A stretch of DNA of 63,082 nt, the filler included, from Bigelowiella natans CCMP2755 (Eukaryota > Protista > Cercozoa): NCBI GenBank assembly GCA_000320545.1. It is 5 parts of 5 records of this genome, joined end to end, with 100 filler letters (N's around TTAATTAATTAA, not from the genome) between each part and the next. Parts side by side here need not be neighbours in the genome. Positions count along the whole stretch, not along the records: positions 1 to 28,303 come from ADNK01002402.1; 4 more parts are not named here. One strand, 5' to 3'. The translations under genes were made by a program, and so were the position numbers. Of this stretch, positions 1-11,498 are shown piece by piece. Every line of letters begins with the position of its first letter. Within the stretch, counting starts at the first letter, position 1. Below the pieces are notes generated by a model. The model was not told the origin of the DNA. It saw nothing but the letters and a program-made list of their open reading frames with translations, and did not search any database.

Positions 1-68
1 CGTTTTGATAATCGTAGCACAGTGTGTAGTCCTTCCAAGCTTGCCCCCACCTGGAGCGGCATTGCGTG

Positions 69-107
<39 letters not shown>

Positions 108-259
108 GTGTGTTTGTGTGTCGGTGTGTGTGTGTGTGTGTATGTGCGCGTTTTGTACAAGATGTATTGTAGAGTCTAGGCATTGATGTGTGCGTGACGA
201 TCTCACCTTTGGGAGAGAACGTACCATGTGGAACCGGCCTAGGATTATCAATGTGTACG

Positions 260-298
<39 letters not shown>

Positions 299-564
299 AT
301 ATATATCTGTGTGTGTGTGTGTGCGTGCGTGTGTGCGTGAGATGCAGTAGTATTGGTACAAGAAGTAGGAATACCTTCATACGATCGTTCTGAAAGATGC
401 TCTTTATTAAACTCTTTTCGTCATCAACCTAGTAGCGTGTTAAGTGGGGGAGGGGGAGGGGAGGAGGCGAAAGTTCATGAAGAGGATGATGGTAGTGGTG
501 GTGGTGATGATCGTAATGATGATGATGATGATGATGACGCAATGATGAACGTAACCCTCTGGTT

Positions 565-595
<31 letters not shown>

Positions 596-605
596 ATTAT
601 AAATG

Positions 606-646
<41 letters not shown>

Positions 647-1251
647 CATATATGTGTGTGTGTCAAATACCGTAGGAAGGACATTAAACGTGAGAAACAG
701 CTTCTCTAAATCCACTTTGCTGCTCTTGTCCATCACCCAATCTCTGCAGATCATAACAATGCAATATATCAGTGACTAATACTAATGCCAATACGAATAC
801 TACTGCTACTACTACTTTCTCACAAGTAATGTCTTCTTGCTAGTGTCGGTCGCCATCGCTTTCTAACCCGCCCCCGCAATTGCAGTGTGCTCTCCTCTTC
901 TCTCTTCTCTCTTTGGAAGGAGGCATATAACACGCACTACCACCACCAACGCAGTTAAGCACGTGGTTGCTGCCATAATATGCAATTTATATAAAATATT
1001 ATATTTATATAAAATATGATATATTTTATATAGTATAGTATAGTATAGTATAGTATATGTATTGCCTGTATCTTTCGGTCTCTGCGAACAACTGTCCATC
1101 CCTGCCGGTGTTTGCATATAGCTCTGTACAAGTGCAAGGTAAAGGCAAGGAGAGACGAGGGGCAGCCCAAAGGCACACGCATCAGCACACTGTATATACT
1201 CCACAGAATACACATCAATACGACGCATGCTATTTTATACAAATATATATT

Positions 1252-1295
<44 letters not shown>

Positions 1296-1506
1296 TATTT
1301 ATTTTCGCTATGAGAAATAACACAGCTTCATGTTTTTGGATGAAGGTGTGCGTGGCATATCCCGTCGATGTCGCATATGCGATCGTCCACACACAGCTCA
1401 ATTCCTACTGCTGCTACTACTATTACTACTGCTATTACTACTACTACTACTGCTATTACTACTACTACTACTACTACAAATACTACTACCGATGCTATTA
1501 CTACTG

Positions 1507-1537
<31 letters not shown>

Positions 1538-1554
1538 CGATGTTACTACTGCTG

Positions 1555-1589
<35 letters not shown>

Positions 1590-3045
1590 ACTACTTTTAG
1601 GAGCAGAAATGCCTCGAAGCACCGACTCCGCTCGAGACTAGATGTAGTAGCAAGTCGTTATTAATTGTAGCATGTCGTCAATTATTGTAGTAGGAGGTCG
1701 TTTTTCCCCCCCCCCCTCCCCCCCCCCCCCACCCTCCCTTCCTCCCTCCTCCATCAAGCATATCATCCATTATCATCATCAACAACACCTGATAGACTTT
1801 GCCATTACGTTTGACATCTAGGGTCTTGAGTAGAAAGTCAAACCTGCCAAAGAGGATGGATATATATATCACCACAATCCATCATCGTCGAGCCATCCAT
1901 AGTCGGTGTTATTATCATCATCATTGTCGTTCATCATCATCATCAACAACAACAACAACGAGCAGCAAGGGCAATACGCATGATCTTCGTATTCGGAATA
2001 CGGATCTCTCCGGAAGATTTTCAGACGATTACAAGCATAGACGCGATGAAGTTCCTCAAGAAAGGAAAGCTCATCGATGTTTCACCGATGTACAAAACAG
2101 CTTACTTCTCAGTATCCGTGCCTTGCAATATCGTGTCCAACGCAACCACAAATTCGCCTAATGTGATGGAATCTAGCCACGATTATACGGGTAAGGGGAG
2201 GGGGAGGGGGGGGGGGGGATTGGAGAAGTAGGAAAATCAAAGTTAAGATCTTCACAAAACAGCAGCATGATACTGGCCATTTTGTTCTTCTTCAGTCAAA
2301 TCGCGGTAAGTACGCGGTGCATGCGTTTGTGTGCTGAGTAGCTAGCAGTGTCTCCCCCCACCATTCGTAGGCTCTTTCATAAATGCCTTGAAGAAGCTGC
2401 TGGCAGCGACAGTCTGGTGGCCTGAGGCAGAGCATGAATTGTTTGGCTAAATCAGTTTTTGTGCGAGAGTGAGCCCGTGGACATGTGTTACTATTCGGTT
2501 GAGCATAGAGGTTATATCCATCTCCTATGTAGGCCGGCATACGCACAAACGCACCTCCTTTCACTTCGTCTCTTTTCCCTTCGCTCCCCCCCCCGCTCGC
2601 CTTCTCATGTTCCCTCTTGCTGAAGAAAAACGTCGAGAACGCGTGTAGGTCGACTGCATCATCCTGAGAGTAGTAAATGGCAATTTTTCACACACCGAAG
2701 TGATCGTCGCGTTGAGCAAAACACAACGACCGCCCAAGGCCGAATGTAAGAAACAGGGTTGTGTTGTTGCACATGATTCTTCAAATGGCCACATCGGCTG
2801 ATAATGCACGGGGTATTCATGCTGTCAGCATATTAGCTTCTTCAAGCAATATTCGTCGTTGAGGGATGGAAAGGTGAATCGTGGTACTAGTCCCACATAA
2901 ACTGCAAGATCGACCATTACCTTCTTGCCTTTGCTAAGTTTAGCTACTCTCTTGAAAGCTCCGTGAAGGCTGATGAGGTGGGGGGGCACAAAGGAAGTCG
3001 TATCACCGTTCGTTTACATCCGATAGCATATTTTATTATTCTCTC

Positions 3046-3083
<38 letters not shown>

Positions 3084-3132
3084 CTCTCTCTGTCTCTTAT
3101 CTCTCTCTGTCTCTCTCTCTGTCTCTCTTTCT

Positions 3133-3178
<46 letters not shown>

Positions 3179-3306
3179 AACGACAAACTCGCTGATTCCA
3201 CTCGTTCTCTAGCTGCGGAGATGAGCTGTACCGTCTGATTTCGAAGCGCTGGAATCGCGTTTTGCGAGAAAGATCGAAATACAGCTCTTCCTAAAAATGC
3301 CCGCAT
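1..3306 (-). CDS. USP32: USP32-like ubiquitin-specific protease, N-terminal part (EF-hand region + start of DUSP domain); multi-exon, runs off window start
   Basis: Manually spliced minus-strand exons give ARERVESASLSLHGAFKRVAKLSK (cf. USP32 N-terminus EALRRVTDVELKRLKDAFKR), EF-hand-type GEFVVALDTILQGTDTEK / FDFLLKTLDVKRNGKVYQ, and VDDEKSLIKSIFQNDRMK-AGSTWYVLSQR-WGQAWKDYT (exons 207-238 and 1-50), matching the DUSP start AGHNWFIISMQWWQQWKEYV. The start codon is uncertain (3306, or an upstream MG at ~3433). Confidence 0.75.
1404..1596. repeat. Compound (CTA)n/(CTG)n trinucleotide microsatellite inside an intron
   Basis: About 190 bp of CTA/TTA/CTG triplets visible directly; source of the poly-Y/L/T/S pseudo-ORFs. 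Confidence 0.95.
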
Positions 3307-3567
3307 GCAGCAGATAGGAGGAGTTGTGGCGTGTGTAATTTATGCGACGTAGAAGCCGATAATATTCAGGAAAGGATCATCTGCTGGACTCTCATGCTCG
3401 GCATTTTACTATGGCTTTCATTAACGTCCCCATTCTCTATACTCAATCCCAAAAGATAAGCCGGCCCCCACCAATCCTCCCTCACTGTTTCTGCGGGTTG
3501 TTTTTGATTTTGTAAGATTGCTAAGATCGCCTATCGTAGGGAAAATGCAAAGCTACTGATTGCTCAG

Positions 3568-4331
3568 TTTTGTGCCTTCGACCTCGTTCTTGATGTCCGT
3601 TGCAACGAAAACAGGCTCCTCCCCGTATTCTCCCTGAGTACATATGTAGAATTATTCGCGATGGAAGTGAATCTTGCTTGTTCTAGGCTGTACAGGTTCG
3701 TGCATCGGTAGGGGAGGGAGATACCTTCGATCTGCCGGTTCCCATCTTAAATGTGTTAAACGCCTTGTATTTAATTTATATCGTAGCAATTATTTATTGT
3801 CTCTATACCGATATTGTATGCCATTTTTAGTAATAATAAACATTCTGGTATTTTTACAGCCGACTGTTGAAGTTCGTTGACGCCTTCTAATTTGAGCCTT
3901 GATTAGGAGAACTTTTTGCTTCAGACGAAGTTGTGAATGACAGATTTCGAAAAGGCCTGTAATTATTGGGCATGTGCCCTTTTCCAAAAAAGTTCGAGGA
4001 TGTTCTGTTCGACTTCTCATGGAACTCTGGATTTTTGCTACGTTGCTTTGAGACGTTTCCGAAGCACGTTTCCGAAATTTAATAAGAATCTTAGAAAGAG
4101 TCCGCATTTGTCATTGCCTGGATTAGTATGACTAATAAGCCATTTTAGTTGTCATAAATCCCATTATTACATGAAAAAGACGAATCGGAGAGTTTCGGAT
4201 ATTTGATTGTCGTTGATTTTGACTTAATTTTCGAGAATCGTTCCGAGACAGATTTCGAATCGGATGTCATCAAGCAGAAGCTGAGGAACGTGCCGGTCGA
4301 CGATTCCCGTTTCTTAGGTCATATCACCTAA
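3568..4331 (+). CDS. Possible small multi-exon hypothetical gene
   Basis: AG-bounded coding-like segments (GELFASDEVVNDRFRK; DVLFDFSWNSGFLL) and a terminal exon NRSETDFESDVIKQKLRNVPVDDSRFLGHIT* ending at 4331. I could not resolve a consistent exon phase. Confidence 0.3.
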
Positions 4332-5208
4332 TAGCTCTCGTACTAATCTTTGGTGAACGGCATTTTTTCAACTTCACACGCTTTAAAAAATCCTCAAACT
4401 TAAAAAGTCGTCTTTGGATTCCGGATATCAGCTTAGGATAAATTGAGTAAATATTCTCTTCGGGGAATAACGTGGATTCCGATCGGCAAATTTTATATTT
4501 GGCGCGCAAAGGGGGGGGGTTGCTCAGATGGAATATTAAACAAAGAAACACGCCGAAGTAGTTTCAGTTTCTAGAAAAATATCACATATTCTTATAAATT
4601 GTCCTACATTTAACGTGATACTTTTACTTAGGCACTCCAAAAGAAACCTTGGATTGTCTCGTCTTTTCTCGCCTTTTGTGTTATTTCATTAAACTGCCTA
4701 CGTTTGTGTTGAAAAGGAAAAAAGAAATGATAAGGTATTAAAATTCTGGGTAGCATGCTCATTCGGGAATAAAAGGTCTAAAATGCGTTCTTTAATCGAG
4801 AAATGACCATTATTAGGTTCAAAACTAGGGTTTTGTTTCTAGATTTAGAAATATCTTATCTGAAATTCTTAAAGATCTGTTTCAGACTGTTGATTTCTGC
4901 GACATGTCTGAAGCAGTTTCCAAATATACGCTGTATTATTCTAAAAACAAGGAATATGGGAATTTTTGAAACTATTTTGTGATCCTCTTTCAAATTGCCA
5001 TTGATTTTCTGGAGACTCTTTGATCTTAAATAGCTCACTCTGTTTTCGCCAGAAAAGGCATGAAAAAGCGGGAATAAGCTTCACGAGCCCGAGGAGAGAA
5101 GAGAAGGATCCGTTCCCAAAACTCAAAGGAGTCCCAGACAGGCGCGCTTGCCTATTATACTAACGAAAGTAAAGACCCACTCGTTCCCGCCGTTCCAATT
5201 CATCAACC

Positions 5209-7670
5209 ATGGCTGACCGGGTACGTTCTTCCATGTGAAGGCTAGGCTTCTTACGCCCTCGTTTTTGTTTATTCTGGACCGGGTGGGGGGTTCAATAGTT
5301 TTCACATGGTCACTTGAAACTGAATAAGATCTAGTACTCTGCTTCTCCTCCGCGTTTTCAGCACAAAGAATCTTATATTATTCTTTATGCTCTCAGGATC
5401 CAACTCGTCTTGAACTCATCAATGCCAGATTCGACAAGGTCGACTGGTCCTCTCTGGACTCTATTGTCACTACGCTCCCTGCGTACAAGCAAGAGCTCGT
5501 CCGGCTTCAGAAGGAAGGGGTGAAGCAGCCTTCCAAAAAGGTTGAAATTGAGATGTTCAACCTCTGGACGCCATACAAGGACAAGCAGCTTTACAAGCAG
5601 ACGGAGCTTATTCTGGAGCCTCGCAAACGCCATGCGCTTTTTGGACACAACGGATGCGGTAAATCTACCCTGTTCAAAGCCATGGCCGGCGGGACTCTGT
5701 TTGACCAGGGTTTCCCAAAGCACATCTCCGTGCTCCACATGCAGGAGATCGAGACTTCTCCGGACAACGGAACGCTTATGGAAACTGTGATCAACTCTCA
5801 CGAGCTTCTCTACACTCTGCGAAAGTGCCGTGCTACGCTTGAGGAGCTCATCAAGAAGGAGGACAAAGAGGAGTACAAGGAAAACCTTGCATGGGTCAAT
5901 CAGGAGCTTGTTTTCCTGAAGGACGATACTGCTGAGGAGCGCGTTTCGAAGATGCTTAAGCCTCTTGGTTTCGATACCAAGGCTCAGGCTAAGAACGTGA
6001 ACGAGCTTTCCGGAGGTCTTCGTATGCGTGTAGCTCTTGTCTGCGCATTCTTCCAGTCACCTGACCTTCTCCTCCTCGACGAGCCTACCAACCACTTGGA
6101 CTTCCCATCCGTCCTCTGGCTCGAGAACCGCCTTCGTGGTTACTCCGGATCCTTCTTGCTGGTGACCCACGATCGACAGCTCCTCGAGAATGTGTGTAAC
6201 TCCGTTATGCTTATCGAGGAGAAAGAGATCAACTACTACAAGATGGACTTCAAGTCGTTCGAAAAGCGCAAGGCTATCGACGACAAGAAGAAGTACGAGG
6301 AACGGGAGCGCTTCATCGCTCGCAACCGTAACCCGGACCCATCTACTCCTGTTGGTCGCCGCGTGGCAAACTACAAGAAGTGGATTAAGGACTACACCCT
6401 TAACCAGGTTGCTATCGGTGATATGTTCACCTTCCCTGATCCTACCCCACTCCCCGGAGTCGAGGCTGACACTCCTAAGGACCAGATCAAGCTGATCGAC
6501 ATGAAGGATGTCACCTTCGGCTACAAGGGCGCAGATGTGAAGATCTTCAAGAAGGCCACCAACTGCACCATCACCGCTGAGACTCGTATGGGTATTATGG
6601 GACCTAACGGTGCTGGTAAGTCCACTTTCCTCAAGCTCCTGACCGGGCGATTGAACCCTACCACTGGTACCGTCACCACTGCTGAAGGATTCAAGCTTGC
6701 ATATTTCGGCCAGCACTCCGCTGAGGAGCTTCATCTGGAAATGACTCCATTCGAATGGATGGTGCACAAGTACCCAGAGGAAAAGCAGCAAGGAAAGCTC
6801 CGCCATCACCTGAAGAAGGCAGGAATGTCGGGCGAGATGTCCGACACTCGTATGAAGGGCTTCTCCGGTGGACAGAAGGCACGTGTGATCTTTGCACAGC
6901 TGACTTACGTGTGCCCTCACCTCCTTATCATGGACGAGCCTACCAACTTCTTGGACCTCGAGTCCGTGGACTCCCTCATTACCGCTTGTAACAAGTACAA
7001 GGGCGCTATGCTCCTCGTAACGCACTCTCGCCACATGCTTCACTCCTGCGGAAACATTTACCTCTCGATCACCCCTGGCAAGTTCCAGTTCTTCGACAGC
7101 ATCTCGGACTGCGAGCGCGCTACCTACTCCTTCATCAAGGACGTTGAGGAGGGCAACAAGGTGCGCATCGATAAGGTCCAGGGAGGTTCCGGAGAGCAGG
7201 TTGAGGAGGAGGAGGAAGAGGAAGAGTTCACTATGGAGGCTATCATGAAGCGCCGTCAGAAGCACAAGGAGGCTCTTGCTGCTGCTGAGGAGGCTAAGAA
7301 GGCTGCGAAGAAGGCTAAGGAAGAAGAGAAGAAGGCCAAGATTGTCGTCAAGGCACAGAAGGAAGAGTGGAAGGTAGGAGAGACCTGCCTCGCCTTCTGG
7401 TATGAAGACCGCAAGTTCTACAAGGCTAAGGTCCGCCAGGTCTCCAAGAAAAAGCCTGTCAAGGTTTGCTGCACCTTCATGCAGTACGGTAACTCCGTGG
7501 TCCTTGAGCCTGCACAGATTCTTCCTGAGGGCATGGAACCTACCAAGGAAATTCGTCAGTCGGCTTACTACCTTCACGTCGAGCAAACTAAGGCTAAGAA
7601 GGCTGCTGTTGCCGCGAAGAAGGAAAAGATGAAGCAAGATCGCATGAAGAAGCGCCGCCAGCGCCGTTAA
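5209..7670 (+). CDS. ABC-F family translational ATPase with C-terminal Tudor domain; join(5209..5220,5397..7670), about 761 aa
   Basis: Two ABC cassettes and no TM domain: Walker A GHNGCGKST and GPNGAGKST, signatures LSGGL and FSGGQ, Walker B LLLDEPTNHLD and LIMDEPTNFLD, H-loops THD/THS. First exon ATGGCTGACCGG|gtacgt; acceptor tctcag|GATCCA is in frame with ORF 5520. Tudor-like WKVGETCLAFWYEDRKFYKAKV...CTFMQYGNSVVL near the C-terminus. Confidence 0.95.
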
Positions 7671-7958
7671 GCGACTTCTTGCTGTCATTTCCCGTTACTG
7701 CAGATACGAATGGGCAGGGCGAGGATGGTGTCCCATAAGTGCGCTGATGGTTGACAGTGCTACTTTCCTAACGGGAGGCCTCCTTTACCATCGCTCATCT
7801 CCAGCCTGCGTTTCGGAGATGACGGGCTTACTCAATGCATTTATTATAAGTCTTTGAGTAACTAATGAGGTATGCTCCCCCAACTATAGGCTCGGTGCAT
7901 ACTTGAAAACAAGTAAACAATTAACTCCTCCCTGATCACATTAATTCCATAAAATCTC

Positions 7959-8090
7959 CCGGCTCATGGCCGGATTCCTGCTTCTACACCCGATGCAAAG
8001 TCCCATCTCACTGCCTGGCTCATTGCCAGATTCTACAAAACTATTAATCGTCCCAGCCCAGCTGCTGGATTACTCTCGGCTCATGGCCGA
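7959..8090. repeat. Cluster of four short hairpin-forming repeats downstream of ABCF
   Basis: CCGGC-tcatg-GCCGG (7959), CTGGC-tcatt-GCCAG (8015), CCAGC-ccagct-GCTGG (8053), TCGGC-tcatg-GCCGA (8076), each followed by AT(T/A). Confidence 0.7.
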
Positions 8091-8759
8091 ATACACGTCT
8101 TATCTTTTTACTTCTTCGTTCTCGATTTTGTGAGGCGCCTCAATTGGGGTGTCTATATGCACGGACCCAAACCCTCATGGATACCTTCGTTGATCTAAAA
8201 GCCTCGGTCCAAGATGCATCTTTTTGACATGGCAACTCACGTAGATCCAAACTTGCAGAACTATGACAACCAGGATAACGATCGCTATGGGGAAGGGGGT
8301 GTTTGGGGCGTTTAGCAACGCTTCTTTCTCCCAACCTCTCGCGCTGATTCTGGCTGCCTCTGTAATGCCACGATCTACAGATGTGAGACTTCTATGGCAA
8401 TAACTACTACCATCTCATAAATTGCTTTTGAGAGTGATGGAACCGTGACTGATCGGCCATCGCTGGTAATGGCGAATGGGTTTAGACTTTGTGTGAAACT
8501 GATTGCATGAGACATACTCAATGGTGTCAATTGTAAACTTGATCACGTCTTTCGCTGTTCGCGTTGCCGAACATTCTTAAACCAACATGTGTGTGTGTGT
8601 GTGTGTGTGCGCGCGCTGCTTCATTTGAATGATACGCATGTCTCTCCGCAGCAACAAACTTCACCGTACCATGTTGAACCAAACTAGCAAATGACCAATT
8701 CATTTATTGACCGCCGCGCGTAGTGCAAATAATCTTTTACGGATACATCATTTAGGAGA

Positions 8760-9950
8760 CCTGCTAGCCTGGCTCTAGATGGGGTAGCCGCCGAACTGCA
8801 TAGCTGTTCCGCCAGCCCAATGCATGTGGCCCTGTGCTCTCCTAGCTACCTAGCTAGTCTAGTCTAGTAGTGCTGCGAGCTAGCGAGTGCCATGCTAGCA
8901 TGCATGTGTCGGGCAATTGCATGCAAAAAGTGCCAGAGTGTGCTAGCTAGCTAGTTAGGCTGGTGGTGATGTGCGCGCAAGGTAAATTGAGGTGACGTCG
9001 CGCACAGTTGCACCTGCGCCCTTATTCTAGCTAGCTAGCAGCATTGCGCTTGTTTCATTTGCATGCATTGCATTTGTTCTTCGCTTCTCATTCTCATCAG
9101 CAGTTTTCATTTGCGTCGTCTAGGTCGTTACTGTCATCTTTTGCGAGAATGCTTGCATGGCGCTTCATGGTAACGTTGCACGTGCGGTGGCTCTCGCTTA
9201 TTGCATCATTTTTGCGTCACAGCATGTTGCACGTCGTCATCATCGATCGCGACGAGCCGAGCTTTGGCATGTCAGACTTTGCATCGGAGCAGCCAACAAC
9301 AAAGCAGCGGATGTGCGATGCTGCACGTGCAGCACAGTTCAGAGAAAATTCAGTCAAGCGTCACCTAGCTTATAATAAGCTAGCTGTTTGTCTGGCTAGC
9401 ACGCAGCACGCAACTAGCTGCACGTCTTCATTGATGATGAAATCTCTCACTGATGAGGGGACCTCCCTCATGACTGTCCGTGATGCTGCTGTCATTGCAA
9501 TCGATCATGACATCACGTGACATTTGCATGCGCATACGAGCTGAGCAATTGTGTGATGTTGCATGCACCACACTGCACAGCACGCTGTTGCTACACGTTC
9601 GACGACCAATCTAGCAATGCAATGTGCGCAAATACTGAAGGCAAAAACGCAGTCGCACACGCGGCTGCACACAGTTGTCAACATCAGGCTTGCACAAAAC
9701 TAACGCACAGAGACACTGCTAGCTGTGCATGAGCATGATGTCTAGATGTGCGCATGTGACACGAGCCGTCGTATTCATGCCAAAAAAAAGCGATGTGTAC
9801 GCGTGCGATGCGCAGTGCTTACTTTGCCAGAGGTTTGCAAATTTGTGCGGGAAACAAATGAATTCGATGTCAAATACTTGCAAGCATGCGACAACGATCG
9901 AATATGTACCTAAAATGATCTCTTCTATGCTACTGAACATTTCCTACACT
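8760..9950. other. CTAG/GCATGC/TGCA-rich intergenic island, possibly a decayed mobile element
   Basis: Dense ctagctag, gctagc, gcatgc and tgca words, broken ORFs, no splice structure; lies between the 3' ends of ABCF (+) and anoctamin (-). Confidence 0.5.
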
Positions 9951-9990
9951 CAATTCACTCAGAATCTCATCTTTCAATTCCTTTTTGTGC

Positions 9991-11049
9991 TCAGGTAGAC
10001 AATCTTGTTGACTTGCTCTCCCAACTTCGCGACGAGTAAGAATCGTCCACAGGTAGCTGCTTTGGTGAAACCATGTCATGGGGGGTGGAGGCTCTAGCCG
10101 GTCTCCTGCTCCTCATGTTCCTTTTTGAAAGCGTCTCGCCTTCTTGTTTCTCATTAACCTTCGTGTTTTCATCGTCATCGGACACGGCAGACAAGTCCAT
10201 GGACATGATCTTCTTGTCGAGGCGAACACCATCGTCTGGAGACCCATCCTTTCGCAGCTGAGGTAGCACCTACAACACGCCGTACCCAGAGACAAATACG
10301 AGACCATCATCCAGGAATGACGCGGAAGAGGAGGGGGGCAGAGAGGAAGAGAAGGCGAATAGACAAAATGCAATACGTACTATGTCTCTCCACCACCCCT
10401 TCCCCTCCCCTCCCCTCCTGCGATTATGCTATAATTGCTGAGTGGGGTCACCAACATGGTCTAAGAACTTCTCCGACGAAGTCTCAATGATATCGAAAGG
10501 GACGTCGATGCCCTCCGAGAGGTTTTGAAGTGAATTTGAGCTGACCCCGGTGAAATCGATCTTTGTAATGCTACTGTTTATGTGAAGCCCTCCACACGAC
10601 ACCTATGAGATGCAATATGAAGTGAGATGTGAGAAAGGCAACGCAGTCTTGACGATGTCAGCTTTTCGTACAAAATTCGATTATTATCTCCTATTTACGC
10701 TGCACTCGGATCACTATACTACACCCGCAGCATGAAAATCGAAGTTCGTAATCCCTGGTGAGGAAAAGAACAAACCCCTCCCAAAGCAAAGATGCAAGCC
10801 GAAATGTTTTGGACAACTTACCAACATCCATGCAGCATTCTTGTCGCCGCCATCATTTGGTATTAGGTCTTTTTTCAAGCTAAGTTCATGCCTTCACGAA
10901 ACCGTAAAATATATGCTCAGAGTGCGCAACACACACACACACACACAACCACAAAGGCGGCCATGCATATTTTTTTTAGACCTCCAAAGATTAATTAAGG
11001 GCTAGACGATCGATATATTATTTTGATTCAAATCTTAAATAATACATAC

Positions 11050-11087
<38 letters not shown>

Positions 11088-11110
11088 ACTTACATATAAA
11101 TTATGAGTGT

Positions 11111-11142
<32 letters not shown>

Positions 11143-11466
11143 TGTTTCTTTACATATAAACAATGATAACAGTCGCAAGCTGCGAAGCCTCTCTAGTAAA
11201 CGTGGCAATGCAGTACATCTAACAACATGAAGAAGCTGTTCCGTACAGTACGATCACGAACACCGCTCACTCGGTGCATAGAAACATGCCTTCACACAAT
11301 AATAACGCCTTTCACACACACGAACCCGCCCTTTTGCGCTCCGATCCACTGAACAGATTTCTCGTCGAAGTTAATCTCAAACGCCATGGCAATTATTCTC
11401 GCATAACAGTCCGAGCTTCGTACATCCAGCCTGTTTGTCCGCAGGCACAACAGCAAGCAGCGACGC

Positions 11467-11498
<32 letters not shown>

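Noticed and set aside
207-224. Apparent 18-nt GT..AG mini-intron (nucleomorph-like) on the minus strand
   Set aside because: Reading through it gives the conserved DUSP motif TWYVLSQRW, so it is exonic.
1310-1664. Poly-Tyr/Leu/Thr/Ser ORFs, and the many YIYIYI, CVCVCV, THTHTH, LSLSLS ORFs across the window
   Set aside because: Translations of intronic microsatellites, not proteins.
6057-7688. 543-aa antisense ORF overlapping ABCF
   Set aside because: Shadow frame: the sense gene's codon bias avoids TTA/CTA/TCA, which removes antisense stops; the product is Leu-rich nonsense with no motifs.
7705-7812. Possible stem-loop (GATGGT/ACCATC, GCAGG/CCTGC) in the ABCF 3' UTR as a SECIS or riboswitch
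   Set aside because: No in-frame UGA in the CDS, no clear SECIS quartet or riboswitch consensus; the pairing is short enough to be chance.
7959-8090. Hairpin repeats with unique spacers as a CRISPR-like array
   Set aside because: Repeats are only ~15 bp and non-identical, spacing is irregular (23-56 bp), there are no cas genes and the context is eukaryotic.
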